This document shows, piece by piece, positions 38,920-48,776 of a DNA stretch of 64,000 nucleotides; position 1 is the first letter of the stretch; each line of letters opens with the position of its first letter. Below the pieces are notes generated by a model. That model was not told where the DNA came from. It did no database searches and worked only from the letters and a program-made list of their open reading frames with translations. The stretch lies in contig NZ_JAILFV010000095.1 of assembly GCF_024697385.1 (NCBI RefSeq), forward strand, positions 3,233-67,232, written 5' to 3'. Source of the DNA: Anaerovibrio sp. (GTDB lineage Bacteria > Bacillota > Negativicutes > Selenomonadales > Selenomonadaceae). Made by a program: the position numbers and the translations under genes.

Positions 38920-39750
38920 TTACTTTCTGCAAAACTGGTCATATAAACATTTTGCCAATGTGGTATTCAATGCATGGCCCGATTTCACTGCAATAAAATG
39001 TCCCTTTACAATGCCGGTCAGCCGCAAATCGCCAACTATATCCAAAATTTTGTGCCTCACCAGCTCATCGGGATAAATCAACTCATTCATCCAGCCCTCA
39101 TCATTATACACAATGACATTTTCCATTGTGCCCCCAAGGCCGAGTCCCATTTTGCGCAGGGCCTCCACCTCTGCTTCATAAGCAATAGTTCTGGCCGGAG
39201 CAATCTCCCGTTGAAAGACCTCCCTGGAAATCTCATAGTCTCCATACTGTATGCCAATGAGCGGATGAGGGTTTATAGAGGTAAAACTCACCCTGAAGCC
39301 ATCATAAGGCAATGCAATGACAAACTTATCCCCATCATCAACGCGGTATAACCTGTCAATAATTATTTCCTTTCGTGGCGCCTCCAGGGATTTAACCCCT
39401 GCCTTCTGAATCAGCTCGCAAAAAGCTCTGCAGCTGCCATCAGCCACAGGCGGTTCCTCCGCATTCATGAGCACTCGGCAATTATCAATTCCCATGGCAT
39501 GAAATGCCGACATCAGGTGTTCAATGGTAAACACCTTGATTCCATTATCTTCAATTGTCGTTGCCCGCATAGTCGATGTCACATTAGCTGCGATTGCCCT
39601 TACCTGTGGATTCCCTGGCAAGTCACTTCTTACAAACACTATGCCAGTATCAGCAGATGCCGGCTGCAGCACCATTTCAACATTTATTCCTGAATGCAGG
39701 CCAACCCCTGTATAACTCACTTCTGAGTTAAGGGTAGTCTGATTAACCAA
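38920..39750 (-). CDS. lpxC: UDP-3-O-acyl-GlcNAc deacetylase
   Basis: GVGLHSG, TIEHLMSA, EIAPART, RHKILD, GH.LN. Confidence 0.96.
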   Translation of the reverse strand: MVNQTTLNSEVSYTGVGLHSGINVEMVLQPASADTGIVFVRSDLPGNPQVRAIAANVTSTMRATTIEDNGIKVFTIEHLMSAFHAMGIDNCRVLMNAEEPPVADGSCRAFCELIQKAGVKSLEAPRKEIIIDRLYRVDDGDKFVIALPYDGFRVSFTSINPHPLIGIQYGDYEISREVFQREIAPARTIAYEAEVEALRKMGLGLGGTMENVIVYNDEGWMNELIYPDELVRHKILDIVGDLRLTGIVKGHFIAVKSGHALNTTLAKCLYDQFCRK

Positions 39751-39817
39751 ATTCAGCCCTCCTTAACAAAACGTATCATCTTAATTTTAGCGAATAATTA
39801 TCAATACTGCAAGTTTA

Positions 39818-40696
39818 CTAATCAAGGCCTATACTGCGAACAGACTTCCATCTGTCATGGAGCCAGAACCAGTCCTCAGGATATTTTCTGATATGGCTTT
39901 CCAGCACATCCATCAAGTGTTGTGTCGCAACTTCAATATCCTTTTTCTTATCCTTGGTCCGTTCAACATAAACAGGCGGATAAACCTTTATATGATGACC
40001 GCCATCCGGCCTGTGCATCATTTGAGCATGAAAGATAGGTGCTTTCTTGGAGCGTGCTATTGTAGCCGGTCCCACAAAGCAATTGGTCTTACGGTTAAAG
40101 AATTCTATGATAATTCCATCCCGAAGGCTGGGATCCTGATCAGTGATTAAACCAATCATCCACCCCTCCTGAATCATATTAAACATTTCCCTGACCCCAC
40201 TTGTATAGGTAATATGCATGCCCACAAGAGTCCGATATTCATTAATAAACCTGTCCATGGCGCTGTTTTTCTGCTTGCGTGCCACCCCCACCAGGGGAAC
40301 ACCATAATAGGCCAGAGCTGCTCCCATAAGCTCCCAGCTGTCGCTGTGGGAAGTTGCAATTACCGCCCCCTGCTTACGGTTAATAGCCTCCATTAAATAC
40401 TCAAGGCCTTCAATGGACACATATTCCTTCATAAAATCATTTTTTATCAGCTCAGGATACCTTAATACCTCCATGAGCATTGGGCCAAACTGTATCCATG
40501 AGGCTCTTGCAATCCGCTCTGCTTCCGTCTCCTCAACGGTCAGGCAGCGGATAATATTATCGACTGCCATTCTTTTCCTTTTTGCCGGAACAAGCAGCCA
40601 GGTAACTTTCCCCAACCATCTTCCAAAACTGTTACAGGAATCCATGGAAAAACGACATGCCAGCCAGCTAAAAAATTTCATCAAATAATATCCCAT
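39818..40696 (-). CDS. second lipid A late acyltransferase (LpxL/HtrB family)
   Basis: HSDSWE, TDQD, PEDWFWLHDRWK; start at MGYY. Confidence 0.9.
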   Translation of the reverse strand: MGYYLMKFFSWLACRFSMDSCNSFGRWLGKVTWLLVPAKRKRMAVDNIIRCLTVEETEAERIARASWIQFGPMLMEVLRYPELIKNDFMKEYVSIEGLEYLMEAINRKQGAVIATSHSDSWELMGAALAYYGVPLVGVARKQKNSAMDRFINEYRTLVGMHITYTSGVREMFNMIQEGWMIGLITDQDPSLRDGIIIEFFNRKTNCFVGPATIARSKKAPIFHAQMMHRPDGGHHIKVYPPVYVERTKDKKKDIEVATQHLMDVLESHIRKYPEDWFWLHDRWKSVRSIGLD

Positions 40697-40757
40697 AAAA
40701 TTTCCTTCCAACCCGAATCTTTTCCTGAATAAGCATATAAATCGACCATTAATATAA

Positions 40758-40785
40758 ATTTTACTCTTGAACAGCGAATAGTCAA
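40758..40785 (-). promoter_or_regulatory. possible sigma70 promoter for the acyltransferase-lpxC-fabZ unit
   Basis: TTGACT-N16-TAAAAT on the minus strand, downstream of the lpxD terminator. Confidence 0.5.
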
Positions 40786-40869
40786 GCCAACACAGGTCAC
40801 GAAGGACATGGCTGTCCATCATCATTGGCTGTCCCTGTTAAAGGAACAGGTCAATGCCTGCCTTATCGG

Positions 40870-40899
40870 AAAAAAAGCTGCCCCAAGGCAGCTTTTTTT
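40870..40899. terminator. intrinsic terminator after lpxD
   Basis: AAAAAAAGCTGCC-CCAA-GGCAGCTTTTTTT. Confidence 0.85.
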
Positions 40900-41920
40900 A
40901 TTTTGTATTCAGTTCAGCCAGCTTTTTTTCCAAAGCCTTAATTTTCTTACTCATATCAGTTATCTTCTGCAAATGGGCCTGCATTCTCAGCCACTCCTGG
41001 TGAGGACGGGCCGGGAACCCGGCGTAAAATACTCCCTCCGGAGTATTGCCGATTATACCGCTTCGGGCAGCAAACACAGAATTCCCACCGATATTAATAT
41101 GACCGACTGTACCTGTCTGACCACCAAAGGTAACATTGTCACCTGTATTGGTGGAACCGGATATTCCCACCTGAGCAACGATCAGATTATTGGCTCCAAT
41201 ATGGCAGTTATGTCCAATGTGTACCAGATTATCCACCTTGGTACCATGACCTATTATTGTAGATCCTATAGTGGCCCGGTCGATACCGGCATGGGCCCCT
41301 ATTTCCACATCATCCTCCAGAACAACATTGCCAACCTGTGGTACCTTGGTATGGATACCATCCTTTGTAGTGAAGCCAAAACCATCGGCCCCTATTACAG
41401 CAGAGCTGTGAATGATTACCCTTTTACCGACCTTACAGTGTTCCCTAATGGTAACACTGGAATACAGTACTGTGTAATCACCAATCTCAGAATATTGTCC
41501 CACATATACATGAGGATATATGGTAACGCCATCGCCTATCACCGCATGGTCATCCACATAAGCAAAAGGCAGGATAGTAACGCCTTCACCGATTGTTACA
41601 TCCTTGCCAATGTGGGCATCTTCACTTATTCCCTTTTCATGGCGTATTGGAGGGAAAAATGTGGTCAACAGAACTGCAAAAGCTGCTCTGGTATCCTCCA
41701 CATAAATCGCCGGCAATGGAAAATCTGTTTTTACAGTATTTGGCAATAACACTGCACCGGCCTTGGAAACGGCAGCTGCCTCCACATGAGCCTCATCAGC
41801 AAAGGTAATGGAAGCATTGTCAGCGCCCTCTATGTTATTTACACTGCTGATAACAATGGAAGAATCGCCTTCAAGGCGACCACCTACCAGCTTCGCGATC
41901 TCCTGTAGTGTCATTTTCAT
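40898..41920 (-). CDS. lpxD: UDP-3-O-(3-hydroxyacyl)glucosamine N-acyltransferase
   Basis: Hexapeptide repeats, IGADGFGF, KVPQVG, IDRAT, KVDNLVHIGHN. Confidence 0.97.
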   Translation of the reverse strand: MKMTLQEIAKLVGGRLEGDSSIVISSVNNIEGADNASITFADEAHVEAAAVSKAGAVLLPNTVKTDFPLPAIYVEDTRAAFAVLLTTFFPPIRHEKGISEDAHIGKDVTIGEGVTILPFAYVDDHAVIGDGVTIYPHVYVGQYSEIGDYTVLYSSVTIREHCKVGKRVIIHSSAVIGADGFGFTTKDGIHTKVPQVGNVVLEDDVEIGAHAGIDRATIGSTIIGHGTKVDNLVHIGHNCHIGANNLIVAQVGISGSTNTGDNVTFGGQTGTVGHINIGGNSVFAARSGIIGNTPEGVFYAGFPARPHQEWLRMQAHLQKITDMSKKIKALEKKLAELNTK

Positions 41921-41934
41921 AATATTTTCTCCTC

Positions 41935-42384
41935 TTACTGGAGCTTTGCTATGACCTCATCAGTAACATCAATGCCACCAGAAATCATACTGTCCTTACC
42001 ATTGCTCTTAATTACAGCATCCAACTTCTTTTCCTGGGCTATGCCATCCATTGCTGCATAAATCTTTGTCTGCACCTGGGTAGCATACTGCTGCTGAATA
42101 CCTGCACCCTGCATCCTGAGCTGCTGCTGCAAATCCTGCAGTTTCTGGACATCCTCTTCAGAATTAATATTGGCAGCGTGCTCCTGGAGCTGCTTTTCTG
42201 CATCCTTCTGGAAATCCTCCATACGGGTCTTCATCTCATCCATAGAGCTTTTTACCTGAGGAGCCTCCTGCTGTATACGGGTATAATCAACATAGCCTAT
42301 ATTGACCTTGCCACATCCGGCAGTTACAAGCATAACACAAACTGCCATTAACATTAAAAATAACGATTTTTTCTTTGCCTTCAT
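41935..42384 (-). CDS. OmpH/Skp family chaperone, predicted lipoprotein
   Basis: Lipobox-like VTAGC, IGYVD, coiled coil, GGIDVTDEVI. Confidence 0.85.
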   Translation of the reverse strand: MKAKKKSLFLMLMAVCVMLVTAGCGKVNIGYVDYTRIQQEAPQVKSSMDEMKTRMEDFQKDAEKQLQEHAANINSEEDVQKLQDLQQQLRMQGAGIQQQYATQVQTKIYAAMDGIAQEKKLDAVIKSNGKDSMISGGIDVTDEVIAKLQ

Positions 42385-42403
42385 CGTACATTTCCTCTTT
42401 CCA

Positions 42404-43465
42404 TTACTGTATATTTTTCATTTCCTGCAGCATTTCATCGGTAAGATCCATGGTATTGATTCCAATAACCGGAGAACGCAGCTCACGCCAGTCACCGATC
42501 CCCAAAGAATCATACTCCATCCCCCGAATATTATCCACAGGATCTGCAATAATCAGACTAAGATGATGAATGATTGCCAACTTGGCTGCCCTGCCGGAAA
42601 TATCATCAAAAATTTTCTGCCTTAAAAGTTTTATTTCCGTCAGCTTAATTTCCAGTGCAGCCCTTTTCTTTGCCATATTCATCTTTTGCTGTATAGGCTG
42701 TAAAGCATCATTAACCGCCTGGGTGTTGCGGTCCTGTACCTGCGTCATGTGCTGTATTGCTTCCATCTGGGACTGATTTCTTATGGTATCCCTTTCAGCA
42801 ATCATCCTGCGTCGTTCTTCTCCAATTTCTGCTTCGACCTGCTGTTCAAAACGGGCCTGCTGGGCCTCCAGTAATTCATTTTGCTTTTGATTGCGTTCTT
42901 CCTTGAGCTGTTTCCATTCGGCTTCTATGGCCTTTTTCTGATCATCACTCAATTCCAGAACTATTGCATTATCAGCCTTGAGCTGGAGATTTAATATCCT
43001 GTTCCCATACTCTTTGTCAATCGCATCACGCTCCTGATCAAACAGTGGCTTCATTCTTTTGTATATTTCATCAGAACGGGCCTGCAGCTCCTCCATCTTC
43101 TGAGAATGTCTGGTAATCATCTCCAGATTGGTCTTTTGCCGGGCCTCGTCATCAAAGAGCTTTTTCTCTGCATCCATCTGTTTCATGGTGAATTCAAAAT
43201 TATCAAGGCTGACTTGCGCTGACAGACTGGCTGCCTCCCGCATCATGGTCTGTAGCTTTCCATAATCACGATGGGACCTGATCAAAGTCTGCATATCCAA
43301 AACCCCGATTTGTGGCTCATCCTGCTGGGGGTGGGAATCATTATTTTTGAAGAAAAGGAAAAGAACCACTATAACAATAACAGCAATAGTGGCCATACCA
43401 GCACCCAAGTACTTCGTTCTTAAGCTGTTATTTTTCTTTTCTGCATTACGCTCCTCAACAGCCAT
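42404..43465 (-). CDS. elongated membrane-anchored OmpH/Skp-like protein
   Basis: N-terminal TM, IGVLD, long coiled coil, C-terminal DLTDEML. Confidence 0.7.
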   Translation of the reverse strand: MAVEERNAEKKNNSLRTKYLGAGMATIAVIVIVVLFLFFKNNDSHPQQDEPQIGVLDMQTLIRSHRDYGKLQTMMREAASLSAQVSLDNFEFTMKQMDAEKKLFDDEARQKTNLEMITRHSQKMEELQARSDEIYKRMKPLFDQERDAIDKEYGNRILNLQLKADNAIVLELSDDQKKAIEAEWKQLKEERNQKQNELLEAQQARFEQQVEAEIGEERRRMIAERDTIRNQSQMEAIQHMTQVQDRNTQAVNDALQPIQQKMNMAKKRAALEIKLTEIKLLRQKIFDDISGRAAKLAIIHHLSLIIADPVDNIRGMEYDSLGIGDWRELRSPVIGINTMDLTDEMLQEMKNIQ

Positions 43466-43541
43466 AAGAATCCCCCTCTAGTAATAAAGTACCGAGCACC
43501 TACTGTGCTCGGCACCAAAATAATTATATTACAGACAAAAA

Positions 43542-44006
43542 TTACTTATTCAGCTTCTTGATAACATCCTGAGTAAGGTCAGTACCGCCATAAACAACAG
43601 CTTCCTTATTCAGAACTACGGTGATACCCTTTGCTTCAGCAACCTCTTTTACGGCTGCATCAATCTTCTGGCGGATAGGCTCCATCATGTCGTTGTGCTG
43701 CTGCTGAAGGCGCTGCATGGTCTGCTGATAATACTCCTGCTTCTGCTGATCATTCATATTAGCAGACTTTTCTTTAAATTCAGCCTCTGCATCCTTTGCC
43801 AGCTTTTCCATCTGGGCCTGTACATCAGTATAATCCTTAAGGGCACCAAACTGCTGATAATCAACTACGCCAACATTTGAAGATGCTGCTGCAGAAGCGA
43901 TGCTGTTATTGGACTGTGATAATGCCAGTGCCACAACACTGCCTACAAATACCAGTGCAATAAGCACGCTGATAATCTTAACCTGAGTTTTCTTTAACTG
44001 AATCAT
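43542..44006 (-). CDS. OmpH/Skp family chaperone
   Basis: Signal sequence, VGVVD, VVYGGTDLTQDVI. Confidence 0.88.
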   Translation of the reverse strand: MIQLKKTQVKIISVLIALVFVGSVVALALSQSNNSIASAAASSNVGVVDYQQFGALKDYTDVQAQMEKLAKDAEAEFKEKSANMNDQQKQEYYQQTMQRLQQQHNDMMEPIRQKIDAAVKEVAEAKGITVVLNKEAVVYGGTDLTQDVIKKLNK

Positions 44007-44135
44007 ATTTTTCTCCTTCTTTTCACTTAGAATATACGCTGCTGTCCCCCATGTCCTATTTCATTGAACACGGACAAGCCAGCCACATAACTGCACTTAT
44101 TATAACAAACTCTCATTGTTCATTCAATAAGATAA

Positions 44136-45476
44136 TTAAAAATAACCTATAAATCGCAACCATTTATCATGATTATCCATTGCACATTCCACACTTAAAA
44201 AATCGTGAAGTTTATAGCGCAGGGCAATCTCGTTAATCGAGTTTTTCTCCCGGTATTCATACAAAACAGACCACCGACCGGTAAGGTCATATTGCAGGGC
44301 GCCTTTCCAATACTTATCCTTGATATCATAACGGACATGCCCCCTAAGACCTGGAAGCAGGTCCCTGTAATAACCAATATCCCAGTTCCAATGAGCATGC
44401 TGCGGGAAAAAATCCAATAGGGTAAATACTCCATCACCATTATTGAATTGTTTGCCAACAATGCCGCGAACCATAACTCCACTATCATTTTCACGATCAT
44501 CCCTGCTGTGACCGATTTCGGCCCGCCCTTCAAACCGCAGGAAATATTTATCAGAATTAGACCTGCTCATTACACCCATGCGTTCTTTTGGAATAATGGT
44601 CACCGTAGTATGGACACCCCAGCTTCTGGCCCCTGAAGTATCATCCACACGCCTTTCCAATAGCTGTTGAATGACATCCTGATGTCTGCTCACAAAAGCC
44701 ACCGGTACACCAACAAACATATCGGCACCGTCCTGCATATTTTGCCGCTGTGTCAGCAACGCTGCATTTGGCAATGTATCAGAACGCATACTTAAATCAA
44801 CGGTCCTCACCACAGGCAGCAAAGGATAAATATCTATGAATACCTTTGTATCCTCATCTACCGACAGTTCAAAATCAGCCCTGAATTCAGGTGCCCTCTT
44901 GGCCATAAACTCATTCAGCCGATGCTTAACAACACCATTTGACCAGTCCACTGCTGCTACCGGCAAATCCAGAAGCAGGTCATCAAACAAAGTGTCAATA
45001 CCGGATATATCCTTCATCAGCAGTTTTTCAACCTCTTCAGGCATACCTATAATTTTAGTTTCAACAGAAAGCTTATCTATCCTGTCATTCCAGGATAGCA
45101 GCTTCACCGAAATTTTCAATGAGGAATCCGCTGTTATACTTGCTCCCTCAACGGTATATCCCACCAGAACCTTATCAAACACCTGCCGGATAATGTCTTC
45201 ATAATGGGTCTTCCGTTGCTTTACTTCCTGAACAGTATGACCTTCCAAAAGCTGCACGCCAATTGCCTGCACGCTTTTTTCCATCCGCACCTTTACATCG
45301 GTAGGTATGTGGATATTACCATATACCTCAGCAGAAACCACCTCTACTCTGGCACCTACAGGACCGGAGGCTGCCTGACAGCTCCCACTGCCTGGCATAC
45401 AGGTAATAGCCAGCAGTAAAAGCAGCCTGATGGAAAACCTTATGAACTTGGTATGGTCTATAAATACGGCAACCAT
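44136..45476 (-). CDS. hypothetical exported protein, probable C-terminal beta-barrel
   Basis: Signal peptide; C-terminal about 140 aa of amphipathic aromatic strands ending WLRFIGYF; start overlaps the bamA stop. Confidence 0.7.
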   Translation of the reverse strand: MVAVFIDHTKFIRFSIRLLLLLAITCMPGSGSCQAASGPVGARVEVVSAEVYGNIHIPTDVKVRMEKSVQAIGVQLLEGHTVQEVKQRKTHYEDIIRQVFDKVLVGYTVEGASITADSSLKISVKLLSWNDRIDKLSVETKIIGMPEEVEKLLMKDISGIDTLFDDLLLDLPVAAVDWSNGVVKHRLNEFMAKRAPEFRADFELSVDEDTKVFIDIYPLLPVVRTVDLSMRSDTLPNAALLTQRQNMQDGADMFVGVPVAFVSRHQDVIQQLLERRVDDTSGARSWGVHTTVTIIPKERMGVMSRSNSDKYFLRFEGRAEIGHSRDDRENDSGVMVRGIVGKQFNNGDGVFTLLDFFPQHAHWNWDIGYYRDLLPGLRGHVRYDIKDKYWKGALQYDLTGRWSVLYEYREKNSINEIALRYKLHDFLSVECAMDNHDKWLRFIGYF

Positions 45477-47416
45477 CAGAAGGATGTTCCAATATTAAAG
45501 TGCACTCTGTTGCCCTGAGAGCCGTGACCCAAATCAAGGCGTATAGGACCTACAGGCGTATCAATCATCATTCCCACACCTATACTGCTGTGGAAGTGCT
45601 TAGGGAGCCAGCCATTATTCCAGGCAGCACCATGATCTGTAAAGATAGCACCCTTCATTTTGCTACCCAGAGGGAACCTGAATTCAATGGTTTCCAGGAA
45701 CATACTGTTACCACGGAACTGATCATCACGGTAACCACGGATGGAATCCTGACCACCAAGACGGAACTTGGCGAATTCAGTCAAATCACTTGTAGAATGA
45801 CCATAGGAGGTATGGAACGCCAATATCTGATTGCGTCCGACCTTTCTGTAAACAGCATCATCAATGGTATACTTCCAATACTTGAAATCACCGCCAAGTC
45901 CTGCCCATTCAACACCCAGGGCCACACTGTGCCCGGAGGTAGGATACATGATGTTATCCCTTGTATCTGTAGCATGGGTAAAGGTAATAGATCTGGTAAG
46001 GCCGAAATTCTTATTGCGCCAAGCAGCATAGTCGGAAGTACTGCGATCTACAGAGCCGCTCTTATGCTGATCATAAGTATCCTTCTTGTTGCGGAAATAA
46101 ATGCTGTTTGAAGAATACTCACTCTGTGGACGGGTAAAACCAAACTCAAAGCCGGAAGCCTTACGGAGCATTTCCTCCACCAGGCTACCACTTTCATTAT
46201 AGTCATTATAAACATAAGTACGGTTATACAGTCTGATTATTCCCGATGTTTCCCGCTTATCCAGCCATGGGCGACGATAGGAAAATGACCATCCACGGGC
46301 ATCCTTGGAGTCACCACTCATGGTGAACACCAGGTTTACAGCATCTCCAACACCACGGAAATTGGTATCACCGACGTTTATCATTCCGATAATACCGTCT
46401 GATGTACTATAGCCGGCACCTACACCAAAGGTTCCGGTATTTTTCTCTGTAATATCAATCTCCAGGATACACGCATTTGGCTCGACTCCTGGGATTGGCT
46501 TCATATCCACGGATTCAAAATAATTCAGGTTGGTAATGCGCTGATAGCTGCGCACCATATCCTTCTTGTTCAATGGCTTACCCACCACAGTACGGAGCTC
46601 ACGCAAAATAACCTTTTCCTTGGTCTTTTTCAGGCCCTTGATTTTATAGCCTTCCAAAACACCTTCATTAACCTCAATACTTAATGCGCCATCATCACTG
46701 ATACCCATGTCATGAACCTTGGCCATGACATAACCATCCTTGGCGTACTTTTTCTTTATGGCAGCCATATCCTCCTGCAGGGCATGTCTGTTAAGTCTGT
46801 CACCTGGCTTGAGCTGCATGACACCCAGCAAGCTGTCTGTGGATTCAATGGATGTATTGCCCTTGATCTCAATTGACTTGACTATAGGTGTGGAAAACAC
46901 ATGATAAGTCAGCACAACACCTTCAGGAAGCTCCTTGAAGCTTGGGTACAAATCATAGAAATATCCTGTATCATAAATATTATTGGCATCCTTGGTGAGC
47001 ATATCAATGGTTAATTTATCGCCCACCTTACTGCTTAATGATGCCTCAGCAGTTTTGATTACATCATCTGTAATGCCTTCAAATTCGATAGCCATAATAG
47101 TCCGCCCGACCAAACGCTGGGCTGCATTGGTAACAGTGGCATCCGAAGGTCTCTTTGCTTCCCATTTGCTCCTTGCCAGGGCGGATGCACCACCAACCTC
47201 ATTATCATTAGCTGCAGGGGCGTTATTGGTTACTGCAGCAGCTTTTCCTGCCTCATTAGTCTCTGCAGGAGCTGCCGGAGCTTCACTTGTCACAGCCGGC
47301 GCATCAGCCACCGTCTCTGCACTGGCAGTCTGAACCATGGTAAAACTAGTCATTACAGCCAAGGCACAAGCCAAAGACCTATAATTCTTTTTTGAAAGCT
47401 TTGAACTAAATCTCAA
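45476..47416 (-). CDS. bamA: Omp85/BamA outer membrane protein assembly factor
   Basis: Signal peptide, about 3 POTRA domains, TGTF, LGGQDSIRGY, GPIRLD, terminal F; TTG start with GGAGG RBS. Confidence 0.92.
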   Translation of the reverse strand: MRFSSKLSKKNYRSLACALAVMTSFTMVQTASAETVADAPAVTSEAPAAPAETNEAGKAAAVTNNAPAANDNEVGGASALARSKWEAKRPSDATVTNAAQRLVGRTIMAIEFEGITDDVIKTAEASLSSKVGDKLTIDMLTKDANNIYDTGYFYDLYPSFKELPEGVVLTYHVFSTPIVKSIEIKGNTSIESTDSLLGVMQLKPGDRLNRHALQEDMAAIKKKYAKDGYVMAKVHDMGISDDGALSIEVNEGVLEGYKIKGLKKTKEKVILRELRTVVGKPLNKKDMVRSYQRITNLNYFESVDMKPIPGVEPNACILEIDITEKNTGTFGVGAGYSTSDGIIGMINVGDTNFRGVGDAVNLVFTMSGDSKDARGWSFSYRRPWLDKRETSGIIRLYNRTYVYNDYNESGSLVEEMLRKASGFEFGFTRPQSEYSSNSIYFRNKKDTYDQHKSGSVDRSTSDYAAWRNKNFGLTRSITFTHATDTRDNIMYPTSGHSVALGVEWAGLGGDFKYWKYTIDDAVYRKVGRNQILAFHTSYGHSTSDLTEFAKFRLGGQDSIRGYRDDQFRGNSMFLETIEFRFPLGSKMKGAIFTDHGAAWNNGWLPKHFHSSIGVGMMIDTPVGPIRLDLGHGSQGNRVHFNIGTSF

Positions 47417-47467
47417 AGAAAATACCTCCCACATTCTTTGTCTATAGAAATCTCTAAAATAATTAGA

Positions 47468-48010
47468 TTATTCCCTCAATGTTTTTCCTGCAGACTGCAT
47501 CAGCCTCTGCATATCAGCCTCAGGAAGTTTCCCCGCCTGATTTTCCGGCGGCTCGTCAACTTTTACATCTCCCGAGGCACTGGATGATTCACTCTTTACA
47601 GCAGATGCTTCAGGACTCACCGGTTTGATTTCATCCACAGTCCCACTCCCTGCCCCGGAAGGCAATATCACATCTACCTGAATTCTTTTATCTGCATCCT
47701 TAACAATTACATTTTCCTGACCGCCAACACTTTCATCAGCAGTCACTGGTATATCTGCACGATTGTAATGCAGAAATAAAATATAACCTGCGCCTATCAA
47801 TATAGCCAAAAGCAAAGGAGCTGTCCGCAACAGCCATTTTTTCCAGGCACACCTCATTTTGGTCTCCTGTGCATGCTGCAGCTCAGCCTGAGCCAACATC
47901 ATATCTAAATCACTGCGCACGTCATTTTCCTTATCTATGGAATTTTCCGCGCGTCCCAGCCAATCCTTTGCAGCTGATATATGTTTTCTTACCTTTTGCC
48001 GTCTGTTCAT
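47468..48010 (-). CDS. hypothetical single-pass membrane protein
   Basis: Helical N-domain (AKDWLGRAE..DLDMMLAQAELQ), one TM, low-complexity C-tail; AGGAGG RBS. Confidence 0.75.
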   Translation of the reverse strand: MNRRQKVRKHISAAKDWLGRAENSIDKENDVRSDLDMMLAQAELQHAQETKMRCAWKKWLLRTAPLLLAILIGAGYILFLHYNRADIPVTADESVGGQENVIVKDADKRIQVDVILPSGAGSGTVDEIKPVSPEASAVKSESSSASGDVKVDEPPENQAGKLPEADMQRLMQSAGKTLRE

Positions 48011-48138
48011 ATTTGCCTCCTAAAGCTCCTATGAATAAAGTTACACATATCACTTCAGAATAAAATGGCAAATTAACGAATTTTAGCTTAAATTTCCCAA
48101 TATTTTGAAAAATTCTTCTGTTTCCTACCGTAATCAGC

Positions 48139-48771
48139 TTATTTCCAATTATGCATAAATTTGGACAACATCCCCCTGATACGGCGGACACCACTTTTTT
48201 GCAACCTGTATATATGGGCTGTACTGACATTCATCATATCAGCCACGCTCTTGACATCCTTGCTGTGTACATATACCTGGTCAAGAACCAGCTGCTCCCG
48301 GGTAGGAAGTCTGTCCATAGCCTCCATGACAATATCAGATGCGGCATGAATCTCGGCTATTTCCGGCACGGAAGTCCCCGTATCGGCCAACATATCCAAA
48401 AGAGAGCCCCCGGATTTCTGGTTGTCCTCCAAGCAGGCAATATCAGCTCTACCTTCCTCCTTCAGAAACCGATACATCCTTCCCCTTATGCGGAAGACAG
48501 CATACAAGCTGAACGCCACCCCCTTATTGGGGTCAAAGCTCTCAACCGACTCAATCAGACCCACCGTTCCTTCCTGGATAACATCCATGATGTTGTCTAA
48601 TGAACGGAAGGGAAGTGCTGTTCTGAAAACAAGGGGCTGATAGGCTTCAATCAAACGGCTGCGGGCATCCATATGGTGATTCACCTTAAAATCATGCCAC
48701 AGCTGTCTTTCAACATCAGGTTCCAGAATTTTTACCTTATTTAGTTCCTGAACATAATCTGCCAAATTCAT
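48139..48771 (-). CDS. sigma-70 family alternative sigma factor (short FliA/WhiG/sporulation-like type)
   Basis: DVIQEGTVGLIE, FDPNKGVAFSLYA..RIRG (region 2), LPTREQ.V..VADMMNVS..HIYRLQ (region 4). Confidence 0.9.
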   Translation of the reverse strand: MNLADYVQELNKVKILEPDVERQLWHDFKVNHHMDARSRLIEAYQPLVFRTALPFRSLDNIMDVIQEGTVGLIESVESFDPNKGVAFSLYAVFRIRGRMYRFLKEEGRADIACLEDNQKSGGSLLDMLADTGTSVPEIAEIHAASDIVMEAMDRLPTREQLVLDQVYVHSKDVKSVADMMNVSTAHIYRLQKSGVRRIRGMLSKFMHNWK

Positions 48772-48776
48772 AGTTC

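Noticed and set aside
40786-40869. Small hairpins between the lpxD terminator and the next promoter as an ncRNA
   Set aside because: The stems are short, and there is no evident promoter of its own or recognisable family.
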